Assembly: GCA_040954595.2 (NCBI GenBank) | Contig: CM082584.2 | Coordinates: forward strand, 4,158,110-4,222,109 | Reading direction: 5' to 3' | From: Balanoglossus misakiensis | Taxonomy: Eukaryota > Animalia > Hemichordata | Length of the DNA: 64,000 nucleotides | Shown here: one piece after another, positions 50,818-62,810 of the stretch | Position numbering within the stretch: position 1 is the stretch's first letter | Layout: each line of letters starts with the position of its first letter | Position numbers and translations under genes: made by a program | Notes under the pieces: generated by a model | What the model was told of the DNA's origin: nothing | The model's database searches: none | The model's input: only the letters and a program-made list of their open reading frames with translations

Positions 50818-53478
50818 GCAGTAAGTCATTTAACCCGGCGGCATCAAAAAAATAAAGCCACACCACACTTCCTACAGTCCTTTTTTCTGCAGTGGAGGTA
50901 CAAAGTGCACACAAACGACTGCACCTTAGAAGTCTAGGATGTTCTTATGCAGAGAGAAACTTTAATGTCCAGTGTCCAGTACAGAACAAATGAATGATCA
51001 AACTCACAGCTCTATAGGAGTATCTTGTATATTTATCACACGTGTATACAACATTTTATTATGGTATGCCTCATATTTGTTTACAAAAATAGCTCATAAA
51101 ACTTAACTTTGTGTGGTTTACTGGGAAAACTAGTTCAAAGATATCCGTAGTGCTGGCCTAATATTTGTGTTCCAGAAAATTATGTTATATGAAATCCAGG
51201 TGGCATTGTCAAGTCTAAAATGCTTAGGAAGGCCATTGTACTGGTATAGACTCTCTCACAGCCCCTCTCGCTGTTCATGCAGGCTTATAGCCTGATTGCA
51301 TGTGTCGCTACACAACACCATATGGGGCTTCTCCTTTGCTAAACGGTTGAGGGCGCATCAGTGAAGAGCCTTGTAGTGAAACTTGGGCTGTGAGAGAGCC
51401 TAGTACTGGTAGTGCTTATAATGTAGGTACATGTATATTGTTAATGGACATTTTCACTCAAAAAGTCAAGAACATGAAAGAAAGATATTTTATTCCAGCA
51501 AAAACACTGATTGGTGATGATGTCATTGTCAATTATTTTAAAACAGTAAGAAAATCCTCCCCCCCCCCCCCGCACCTCCCATGTGGCACCCGTCATATAT
51601 CAACCATTACTTCAAAATACAAAGCAGTCACACACTGAATGCAACTGTCAATGATGCCAGTATTTGTTTACTTGTCCACTAGCTCATGATCAACTGCCAA
51701 AAAGTGTTTGGATGTAGAAACAAGTCTTTTTCTGCAATAACCATAATAAGTTTGCAAAATCAGTACATGCTCTTGTATAGGGAATTAGCTGGGAGATGTA
51801 TTAGGCTGGTGAGAGTGGAATATTGATAGTAAAGTTGAAATCATCTTCAACAGTTTTTTTCTGCAACATTTTTGTATCATGTCTGCCTTTTTCTCTCATT
51901 TGGCTATGGTGACTTATTCACAAATATAATTTCTATCGTTTTTGTTTTTTAATACACTTCCATTTATCTATTTATGTCATTTATTGTTCTCGCTTGATTT
52001 TCCCCCTACATTTATTTCTGTTTTTCATGTTAAAGTACAGTCCTTTTCCATGTTATCTGTTATTCTTTCGAACTTTTTAGGGTTTTTCCAAAAATTAACA
52101 ATATTCTACTGTCCTGTAACTTCCTCTATTTGTAAAGTCGTGTTATTTTCAAAACTATACACTGTAATTACCATGCACTAAGCTGTTTTCTCTTTTAGTG
52201 TACAAAAAGTATGGCAAATACCATTATTTTCTTAAAAACTGAAAGTGGTTGTCTGCTCATCTCACCATGTACAGCAAATTAAGATGCTGATTGGTTAAAT
52301 TGAAAAATTATCTTTTATACCTTGAGATTATATTTTCCAATTCTCCAAATTTCACATCCACATTTTAGTATAGGTTTAAAAGGACTAGTTTGCTTACTTT
52401 TAACATCTTTTTGATCGTATTAGTTTCTTTTGATAGATGATTTATGTTGTTTGCTGAAAAATGGAAAAATCACTGCTTGTTACTATCACATTCTGTATAA
52501 ACTAGTCTCATCATTCATTGAAAACCACAATCTTTTAGCGGCAACACATAGTTTCTGCATTATGAGCCAGAGGTAGATGACTATGGCCCGCGAGAATGAC
52601 CCTGTATATAGATTATTCAACGTAATTTTGGTATTTGCCTAAAATTAAGAGACGGAAGTATTCATTTGTTATTTCAAGTCCATTTTACAGGCCATGATCT
52701 GAGCGTTGGCAAAAAAGTCATTAGACATATTCAAGTAGAATTTACATAAATAATTTCTCATAAGAATAAAATGATGAGAATAATGTCAAAAGTGGGTGAC
52801 TTTGTCCCTTTTTATCACAAAATCGTTGTCCATTCACGATTTTAAAAGTTTAGACATTGTTATGATCTGCCGAATACAACAGGATGCTTTTAATGCCTCA
52901 TTATATAACATTTCTCTTGCTTAATGCTAAGTCCATTTTTTCCATTAGATTAAAATTCTATATCTAAACTTTTAACCATTTCCAATTCCAGTTTTTGGTT
53001 TATTTTTATATAAATTGCCATTGGTCTTGGTTTAATTCCAGATTTTTTTTAAGTCAAAAAATATTTTATATAACGATTACTACAAAATTGTGACTGGGCT
53101 GCATGGTTGAATTTATATGTCTCTGGCTGCAACTGAAAAATGAATGTACCAAACATGATAACACTACAGTAAATGATATTGTAATAACTCTTGTCTCAGG
53201 CTGTGTAAGGGGCATTAATAAAATTCTTTGTTTTGCCACCTGTTTGCTGTTCATTTTTTTCAGAGAAAATAAAATGCAGATTATGCTGTAGAATAAAAAA
53301 ACACAATATTTTCCATACCGTTGACCATCCAATGAGAAACTGGGTTTATCTATTTCCAGTACACTTTAATTTCCTTGTTTATTCAATTGGTAGCTGGGTA
53401 AGATTAGGGAAAATTGCTGATAGCTAACAAAGGATTTTATTTAATATGTGATCTCTTTTTTTCTGAATACCCATAACA

Positions 53479-53899
53479 TTAAGGATGTACGCGCAGAACA
53501 TAAACCGGAAACAGTGCGCGCCCGGTCTTTTTCCCATAGGATTACATTGAAAATTGCTAGAAAACAAACTTCTACTATTGTCATTTTCACGAAATTTTAC
53601 ACATAGCTCAGTCCAGCAAATATAAATTCATTGGTCAAATAAAATATAGGGGTCACCACGCTCTATTTTGAGATAAATTGCGTGAAAAATTTTGCCCATA
53701 GACAAACCATTGGTGAAAAATGCTGAGTCATCAGTTTTCTTCTATTATCGACTAAATTCATGGCTCTGTATTTCAAAAACAAGCGCGGTGACCCCTATAT
53801 TTTATTACGGATTTTCATTATACATACAAAGGAGAATCCAAAAATCCACAATTAAAAAAAATGACAATACTTTCAATTTTACTGAACGTACATCCTTAA
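53479..53899. mobile_element. Family A MITE, copy C specific
   Basis: TTAA TSD; empty site at 18166. Confidence 0.9.
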
Positions 53900-53925
53900 C
53901 ACAATACATTTTCCATATTTAGACA

Positions 53926-56900
53926 ATGAGTGAGCAGTTACCTGGTACGAGCAGAACTGGGTGTTTTCCAAGGACAAGAATCTACCAACCAGGCAACAAC
54001 ACTGATGTGACTACTTTATCAGAGACATCAGACAATAATGTTTTACCAGATATGTCTGAAACGGATATTGAAAACAGAAGTCAACGTCAAACTTTTAACA
54101 ATGATGAGGAAGGCTCTCAGGTACTGTATTTATATTTATATTGTCCTTCTTCAAACTCAGTGGTCTGCATAGTAAGTGTGTAGTTATTCAAGCACATGGG
54201 TGATGCAATTTAAGTTCATTATCAGGCTGCATTGAAATAAATTTAAAAAAAAAATATTTTACATGGGTTTTAGTCCACGTAGATTAGGTAATTCGATAAT
54301 GGATTGAGTAGGTCAGTTTAGTCAATTCTGGTAACTGATTTGGTAATGTTTTTTACTCTGAAAGTAACTGTGCATGTCCCTCAAGAAACTGTGTACTGTT
54401 AAGTATATGACGTCAACACCATTTGGTAGTTTGTACTACTGTAGAAAATAGGGACTGTGGCTATGGCTGTTTTGGATCATTCAGTCAATTTCTGTTAAGA
54501 TTACAGATTCATTATATGCAACTGTAGAGGGCGCTGTTTTCATCAGTATTTCTTGTGCTCCCTGTTTAGATACCTAGACGTACATAGGCATCTCTCTGAA
54601 ACCTTAGTTTCAGGGAGGAACCAACATCTAGGTACAAGACGTGCAACCTCTTGGCCCCTTTGAATGCAGATTAACAAACAAACAAATCTGCCGCATGGAC
54701 TTTTTCCTAACCTGGTGTGACATTAATGATTTATGAATTCTGCGCTTGATCATGAAGGTGGTTTGGTGGTCAAAATAAAGCAATTCCCCCCCCCCCCCTC
54801 GGGCTTAGTTCCTTGGCCAATCTGATTAAAACCATGTCGCCGTTCCCTACATCTCATTTTAATCAGATTGTTCCTTGGCAAACCATGCCTAACCCCCCCA
54901 CACACATTTGTCCTGAATCGCCCGAAGTGGGCTCCCTTGGGGATTAGATTACATCAACTGCTGCATCAGGGGTCCAGTGTTCTCCCCAGGAATTTCTGAC
55001 AGAGTATTGGCTAATTTACATAACAATGTGGATAATTGTTATGTTAAAGAGTTTCTATTGTTTTCCAAAAATGACAGAGTGTTGTCTGGGGAGAACACTG
55101 CGGTGGGTCATATTGCATTGTCTGATTGCTAATGTCACCATACATGTCTGAATTTAATCAAGCAAGAACTATTATCTGTTAGTCTTGAAAATTTGTTATT
55201 CTGCATTTTCATAGATCATTATGAGTGTGATATGGGGTGGAGGCAAAGTTGGACTGGCTTATTATGACACTGAGACATGCCATATTCATCTGATGATGGA
55301 CATTGCAGAATCTGATGATTTTCCAATGACTAGAAGTGGTAAGATACATTCATTTAGCTAGCGCCATTAGCTGTATCTTTTCGCTATGTTTTCAGCAGTT
55401 TTGTTTTGCGTACCTACTACAGTTTCTTGTTCAAATTCCGGAAACACGATGAAATACCCAGTATTTAGCTTATCAACACAAACATATATATGTATAGTCA
55501 GCATTGTTTATGTGCAAAACTTGAATTCAAGTCCGGACAAGAATTCATTTGTCAATAATAACAATGGCCTTTTATTATACACATACAGGCTATATGTTGA
55601 CAACGGAGTATATTAGCATGCTATTTGGATCAGAACAAGAAATTGCATAACAAACATACTGAAAATACAGCCGAAAAGTTACAGCTATAAATGTTCCTTA
55701 AATATTGTGTGGAAATGTGCTGTTAGGAAGGGAGGGGCCATTCTGGTTTGTTTTTGATTTGTTTGTTGTTGTGTTATTTTTTTTTTTTTTTGGGGGGGGG
55801 AGAGGAAAACTCTTTATATGTGACAGAAAAGAAGCACCCACTACCCTAAAAATATAATGGGAACCCCCCCCCCCCCCCTGAAAATATCAAAATAACAGAG
55901 ACACCCCAGGTGGAATTTTCCAGATTGTCAAGTATTATACTACAAATTGTGTTGACAATATTATCAGCAGAAAAGGTAAAAAAGCTTGTAAAGGGTAAAG
56001 TGTTACTGCTATAATACATTGGTTGTTTACATGTATTTGCCATTTTGGTGGACTGTTATTCACTACTCTCTCCTCTCCAGCAATTTTTGATTCTGTATTT
56101 TTCAAAATAATTTGTTCCGAAATTAGTTCAGAATGCATTCCAACCGAGCTTACTTGCAACATGATGATAGCATTTGATTCTGTGGCCAGAGAGCATTCTG
56201 GGATAAATGTCCTAATTGTATTTGAAAAGGAAATATCAGATTATTGTATGACAGAAATTGTTAAAATTTAAACTTCAAATCTGAAACTGCAATTAACTCT
56301 CCTCTGACAGACCAACTATAACAATATGATTGTCACAATATGTTTATGGCATTTGATGTTGTCTTCCTAGTCTGCCAGCCTTAAAGGAGACATCCTTTGA
56401 TTCTTAAAGGGACAAAGTCTCTCTCTTGCTGCCCTTTTTTCCATTAATTATGTTTGATACAAGACACTGTTTATGTTAATGTACATGTGGATATAAAGTG
56501 AATAAATGTTCAACCACACACAACTTCCATCCCGTTTGTATGACATGAGAGTAAAAACTCGCCCAAAATGAATAAATGGTAAAGAACGATTATTCATTTT
56601 GGCGAGTTTTTTCACTCTCCTGTCTATAAGAGGGATGGAAGTTGTGTGTGGTTGAACGTTCATACACTATATATCCACATGTAGAATAACAACCGGTGTC
56701 TTGTATCAAATATAATTAATGGAAAAAAGGGCAGCGAGAGAGAGACTTTGTCCCTTTAAAGGGGCAATTTTCAATCCCTGGCTCTTGTTGATACTGGTTA
56801 AATGTTTATCTGGAGCAAAGCTGTTGTTTTCCATTGAAATCTTTATCAATCTATGTGCTTAAATTAGCTGAAGCTGACAAAGAAGGTTCCCCTTTAAAAT

Positions 56901-59900
56901 GAGTCTTCAGAAATAACAATTTCAGAGATTTCTAACATAGAATTGTTTTTTTTTGTCAGTTTCAAAGCAAATCATCCCAACATGTGTTATTACAAGCAGC
57001 AAACAAGATGAAAGAATGTTACATTGTTTGTCTGAAGAAGGTATGAACAAATCTGGATATTAATTGTTTGTGACATTAACTTTATGCTGAATATGCCCAT
57101 AGTGGTTGAATTTGCCAGCTAGGGCTTCATAAACTACAATGTACTAGTAAATGCATTTTGATTAAAAGGGAAAAAGCACCAAGGTGCTTTTTCACATGAT
57201 ATGGCAGGGACCTCACACCAAGCTGTACATATGAACAATTCATAGTCATATATGATGCTAAATTGTGGTGATCAAAACACTTTACTTGTGATGTTTGTGC
57301 TCTCATCTCATGTCTGCCCTTTTATTGATAACATTGAATTTCATTTTACAGTGACTGCTCTTCAAGAATCAACTTGTAACTCTGTCGATCTACAAATCTT
57401 GCGAAATATTGATTTCTGTGAGTATACCGTGATTAGAACCCCTAATTTACCTAATACATGTATAAGCAGTGTTAAGGATGTACGCGCAGAACATAAACCG
57501 GAAACTGCGAGCACTCGTCTTTTTCCCATAGGATTACATTGATAAACAAACTTCTACTATTGTCATTTTCACGAAATTTCACACAAAGCTCAGTCCAGAA
57601 AATATAAATTCATTGGTCAAATAAAATATAGGGGTCACCGCACTCTATTTTGAGATAAATTGCGTTAAAAATTTTGCCCATAGACAAACCATTGGTGAAA
57701 ATGCTGAGTCAGCAATTTTCTTCTATTATCGACTAAATTCATGGCTCTGTATTTCAAAAACAAGCACGGTGACCCCTATATTTTATTACGGATTTTCATT
57801 ATACATACAAAGGAGAATCCAAAAATCCACAATTAAAAAAAATGACAATACTTTCAATTTTACTGAACGTACATCCTTAATGTAAACTTTAAGAACTTCA
57901 TGAAGAAATTATATAAGGGCTCCAAAACATGAATTATGGCAACAATGGTTTATCATTTATGTAGTGGAATAGATAATATAATTGTTTTAAAATATTTTTG
58001 ATTTATGAAGTCATTCAGATATCTGTATGTGTTGTTACGTTACTGCAAACTTCAGAGACGAAAATAATTGCAAAGACGCATCCCCATTTGTTATGCATTT
58101 CTGTGAAATATTAATGTCTCATTTTGTTTTCATCAAAGCCTTGGAAGCTAGCAAGAGGAGAATCATGAATTTAAATCTATCCTGTGTCCCTGATCACTAT
58201 ACTGAAGATCAAAGACTTATTTATATGTCTTCATTAGTGCCATTCGAACAAATCAACATGGTAAGGTGGTTGGTGAAATAGTTAATGATATATAAAGAGC
58301 ATTGTTTTCCCCCTACTTTAAAGGGACAAAGCAATCAAACATAATTAATGGAAAAAGGGCAACGAGAGAGAGACTTCGTCCCTTTAATTTTCATACACAG
58401 TATTTCTATTGAGCAAAATCCAACTAGGACATAGTCATCATGACTAAAATAATCCTTACTGGTGATATATATTTGGTCCATGTCCACCTTTACTTGAAGT
58501 CAGTGCCTGTATGAAAATCATCACCAATCAAGTAATTCTAAGTCAAGGATAAACTTTTCGACTCAGTGTAATGTATTCACTCAAAGTGAAAGTTCAGTTG
58601 ACCTATACTGAAATTGCAAAAGTATGGTAAAATAAGCAGAAATATTTGTCCAACATGCAAACAAATTGATGAACAAAAACATCATTGTGTATGTAACTTT
58701 ATTTCATTATACACTGATTTCTAGTGTAGTGTTCAGGACAGTAGATGTATAATAATCATGTATACTGGTGGTAGTAAACAAAAGTTAGATGTCTGTAGGA
58801 TCAGAATGTTCCAGCATTAATGGAAGTCATGTGTTATCTAGCATTTTCACATTGTATTCATGTTTCAGGTGCGTGCAGCCGGTGGTTTGCTGAAATATTT
58901 GGATAAGAACAGAATTGGAGTGGAACTTGAAGATCAAAGTGTCAGAGTTCCAGTAATTGGTCTTCAAGTATTCACTTTGTAAGTAGACTTTAGTGATTTT
59001 GCTGCTGTTATTGAAACATTAAACACGTAGTGTCTAAAAGGGGCAAAGTTGCTCTCTTTTGATCTTTTTATGCTCCCATGTCATACTTGGGGAGCAGGGG
59101 TTGGGGAGGGGGTATGTACATGTATGGCTGGGAGGATATTCGTATTAGCCTGTCTGTATTATGTAAGGGGAGAACCATTTGATTTCGGGGGGGGGGGGGG
59201 ATTTGGATTTAGTATAGTTTTCATGGTTTAGTATGATACATGTATAGCATGGTACAGTATGGCGGCCCATTGCTGCCTTTGGTAAAATGCATAAATGTAT
59301 ATCTATAGTTTGTGTGTTTTTGTTTGTGTTTTTGTTTGTTTGTGTGTTTTTGTTTGAAAAGAAAATGAAAAGAAATTAAAAACAAAACAAAATAAAAATA
59401 TAAATAAAATAAAAACGAAATTAAAAACAAAATTGAATAAAAAAAAATTTGAAAAGAAAACAAAATAAAATGAAAAGAAATTAAATACTGGTCAACTGTT
59501 AAAAAAAACTATTACAAACTCCACTCTGCCTGTAGACAGACAAGATTAAACGTTCAAAGAATGAGTGCTCAATCTATCAAGGTAGTATTAAAGCCCCTAT
59601 AGCTGCCAACTTTCACACATTTTTTTCCACAGTAAAATACTTCAAATATATTCCCTATCCTCTAAAATCCTCACCATTAAGCCATATTACTTGCATTTGC
59701 ATCAGTTTGTCATCTCTTCATACTGTTTGTATGGAGGCTGATTAAATCGGTGCTGCACCGTTTTAATAAATAGCGGTCAGATTGCAACATGTGGTCACAA
59801 TCATGCATCGATAAAGTGTTCATGTATACCTATCAGTAAGCTTATTTAGATAAATCAATTTAACTTGGAAAAAAAATCATGAAAATAATGCAAAAAGTGG

Positions 59901-60308
59901 CAGCTCTAGAGGCTTTAAGGTGTGACATACAGCAAGGACTGCAGTAGACAAAGTATACATGGAGTATGTGTGTTGGTTCATCTGGTGGACATTCCAGTTG
60001 TAGGAAATAAAGTGTTTGATCTGGAGTAATTTCAAACACATGGCCGCGACTTGATCATGTGTGTGTTTTGGTAGTTATGTTTCTATACTTCATGTCATCG
60101 TTGTTGTTGTTGTTATTGTTATTGTTGTTGTCTTTAATCTAGTGAGATAAAAAAGTTATTGCGATTTTTTATGTTGAATCTTTCAGGAACAAGATGTTAA
60201 TGGTTGACCACAATACTTACAATGCCTTGCAGATCTTTCAGAAGGAACTTCATCCATCCATTTATAAATTTGGCAGCAGTGGTTCAAAGGAAGGTTTGAG
60301 TTTATATG
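53926..60308 (+). CDS. MSH5: MutS homolog 5, copy C, 3'-partial (coding exons 1-7; the gene continues beyond the window)
   Basis: Exons 53926-54120, 55215-55338, 56960-57040, 57352-57417, 58139-58260, 58869-58978, 60187-60308. Same lengths and splice sites as copy B; frame open. Confidence 0.92.
54818..54870. mobile_element. 53-bp mini TIR element with 9-bp TSD
   Basis: caatctgattaaaa..ttttaatcagattg flanked by ttccttggc on both sides; empty site at ~19068. Confidence 0.8.
55368..55687. mobile_element. TIR element, copy C specific
   Basis: tagctgtatcttttcg..tgttttcag / ctgaaaataca..cgaaaagttacagcta; absent at ~19566. Confidence 0.7.
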
Positions 60309-62810
60309 GTAAGTTATTGTGTACATGTATTATCATTTCATTCGTCAGTCAGTCTCATTATATTGAACACCTATTGCCTGGCCATTAGGGCCATAGCAGC
60401 CGTTTATTACCCCCAAGGGGCTGTGAGTTACAAGAATCATATGCTATTTCCATATTTTTTTCTGCTATTTCCCTAGGGATTCATTCTATTCATATCATGT
60501 GACAGATTCTGGCGAATCACGTCACAGTATTAGCATGAGGTACATTATATAATTATAAAGTCCAATATGGTTGTCAAGGGGCAATTTCATGATCTACTGT
60601 AAAACACTTTATTTTACACGATTTGAATTTTTTGCGATATCGAGAGAGGCCACTGTTTCGCGAGTATTAATATTCGCGTTCTCTTATTTCATTCACTGCA
60701 TCGTTATCTTAAAAAAAAAATTGCTCGCGAAAATAAAATGTTTTACAGTATTTTCCATGTCTGGAGTGATTACTAAGATATGCCTTTGGGACCATCTCAG
60801 ATTGTCACATAAGCTCAACAAACGAAATAACTATGTTTCATGTCAATTCGTTTAGTGAACTTCAATTTCACACTTGTTTAGGCGACCAAAAATTTCCTTT
60901 TATGTTTTAATTAAAGCAAAAACTAGTGGTGTATCAAAGAATCAACCTATATTCTGCCTCTCACTCTGGAAGTTCTATGTTAATTATTCGATTTGGTAAA
61001 TTTACTGTGATTTTCTAACTGTACATCATGTGATCAGAGGCAAACGTTACTCAAAATCTATAGCCATTCTTCAACATTGTAGTTTATTTTGGGCATCAAC
61101 ACTTAATTTTTCACACTTTTGAACTTTTGTTTAAGGGGAGGGGGTTTGGATCCAAACAAATACATTTTGTTCGTTGAGCTTAGGTGACTCAGACAATCTG
61201 AAACATTCCCTTAGAGATCATTGGCCTTTTAATAGATAAACATTGTGCAATTTCATACATTTTTGTGTCGTGTCTATTTTAATTACTATCCAAAATATTA
61301 CATGTATAATGAAACAAAGATCATGTAATCACAAACAAGATGGATGCCCCCAATGTCCATACGCCAATGAGAGCCATGTTTACAAAAGCCCGTGCCTGAC
61401 CCTTTCCTTTTAGCGTAGCACAGCTAGCGGTGGGAATGGGGCAGGGGACCAGACTACACCACCACCACCACCAACGACAAACATTCTGTTTGCTTTCGTT
61501 GTGTCACTGTTTCATGACATTGTAATAGTCTCGTTCAGTCGCAGGTGCGCACTATATCCATCTTCAGTAAAGAATATATGCATGGCGAACGGGAGGGGAT
61601 ATTATGGGCGTGTCCCTGCCCAATTCTCCCTTTATATGGACGTTCCACACATAGTGCCATGAAGCGTTTAGGGACTATGGACACACTGTCCAAAATGTAG
61701 AACATGTCCTGCACACGTGTGACCAACAGATCGTATTGTCTGTGACCTACTTTACACTATTAAATGTATACTTTGAACCTTGTTGCACAAAACGTGTTAC
61801 GCATGCGCTGACTGCATTACCAAGGCTGTAGCGAAAGCTTCTCTGGATCTGGTACCTGATCGAACAAGGCATCATTTGGCAACTAAGGTAAGATTTCCTA
61901 AGTTGTTCATACGTCGATTATTTTGGATGATGGTAGGAAACAATGATGATATCTTTGTGGTCCGTACAACCTTGAAAATCACCTCTTTTAAGCGAAAGAT
62001 CTCTACAATACGTTCCGACCAAAGTTCTGAAACAAAATTTAACAAAAACACTTCCTGGTTCAGTAAACTTACAACCCAACAGTCTAAATGGTTGTATTGT
62101 TTTTACAAGGTGAATCGCATTCCACTAAATATGGACTATCACAAAACGATCTCGACAATTTGATCAATGACATTATTGTGCAATCAATTTGAAATAATCA
62201 TATCAAATCAAGACTAAATACAATATTTTTTCCGTCCTCGGGAGTGTAGATTTTTGAGGTGTTATACATGAAAACAGTGTACATGGATATAGGTCCTCCC
62301 CGCCTAGCATTTTGACCACACAACTTTGACCACAAACATTTCACAATTCGCCCAAATCACGATATGTCATGAAATATGAAAGTGAAGGGCAGTATGTTTA
62401 CTATACAACTTTTATTTTTTGACTGGACACTTTTTTAAAGAGATGTGAATCTTGCATGGATGAAGTGTTGTGCGTGCATTTTTTAGTCAACCGTTTATCA
62501 ACATACCTGTCACAAGTTCCAGAAAGAATCGACTCCCTTTAACCTTATCCAATGGATACATATGTACACACATTCCATAAAACTGACTTTACAGTAAAGA
62601 AAACGATTGTGAAATGGCTAAAGTAGTGATGCTTATGATCCGTAGTCTTTTGACCACAAAAAAAATAAAAATAATTGTGTACCTCTAAAATCCTGTCCTG
62701 CACTAATTGTATGCACTTGTTGTTGATTTTTGTGCATTCCTTGATCACCTGAAAAGTCTAAAATTTCACCTCAATATTTTCGTTCAATAGATCGTAAACC
62801 CTAAGACAAG

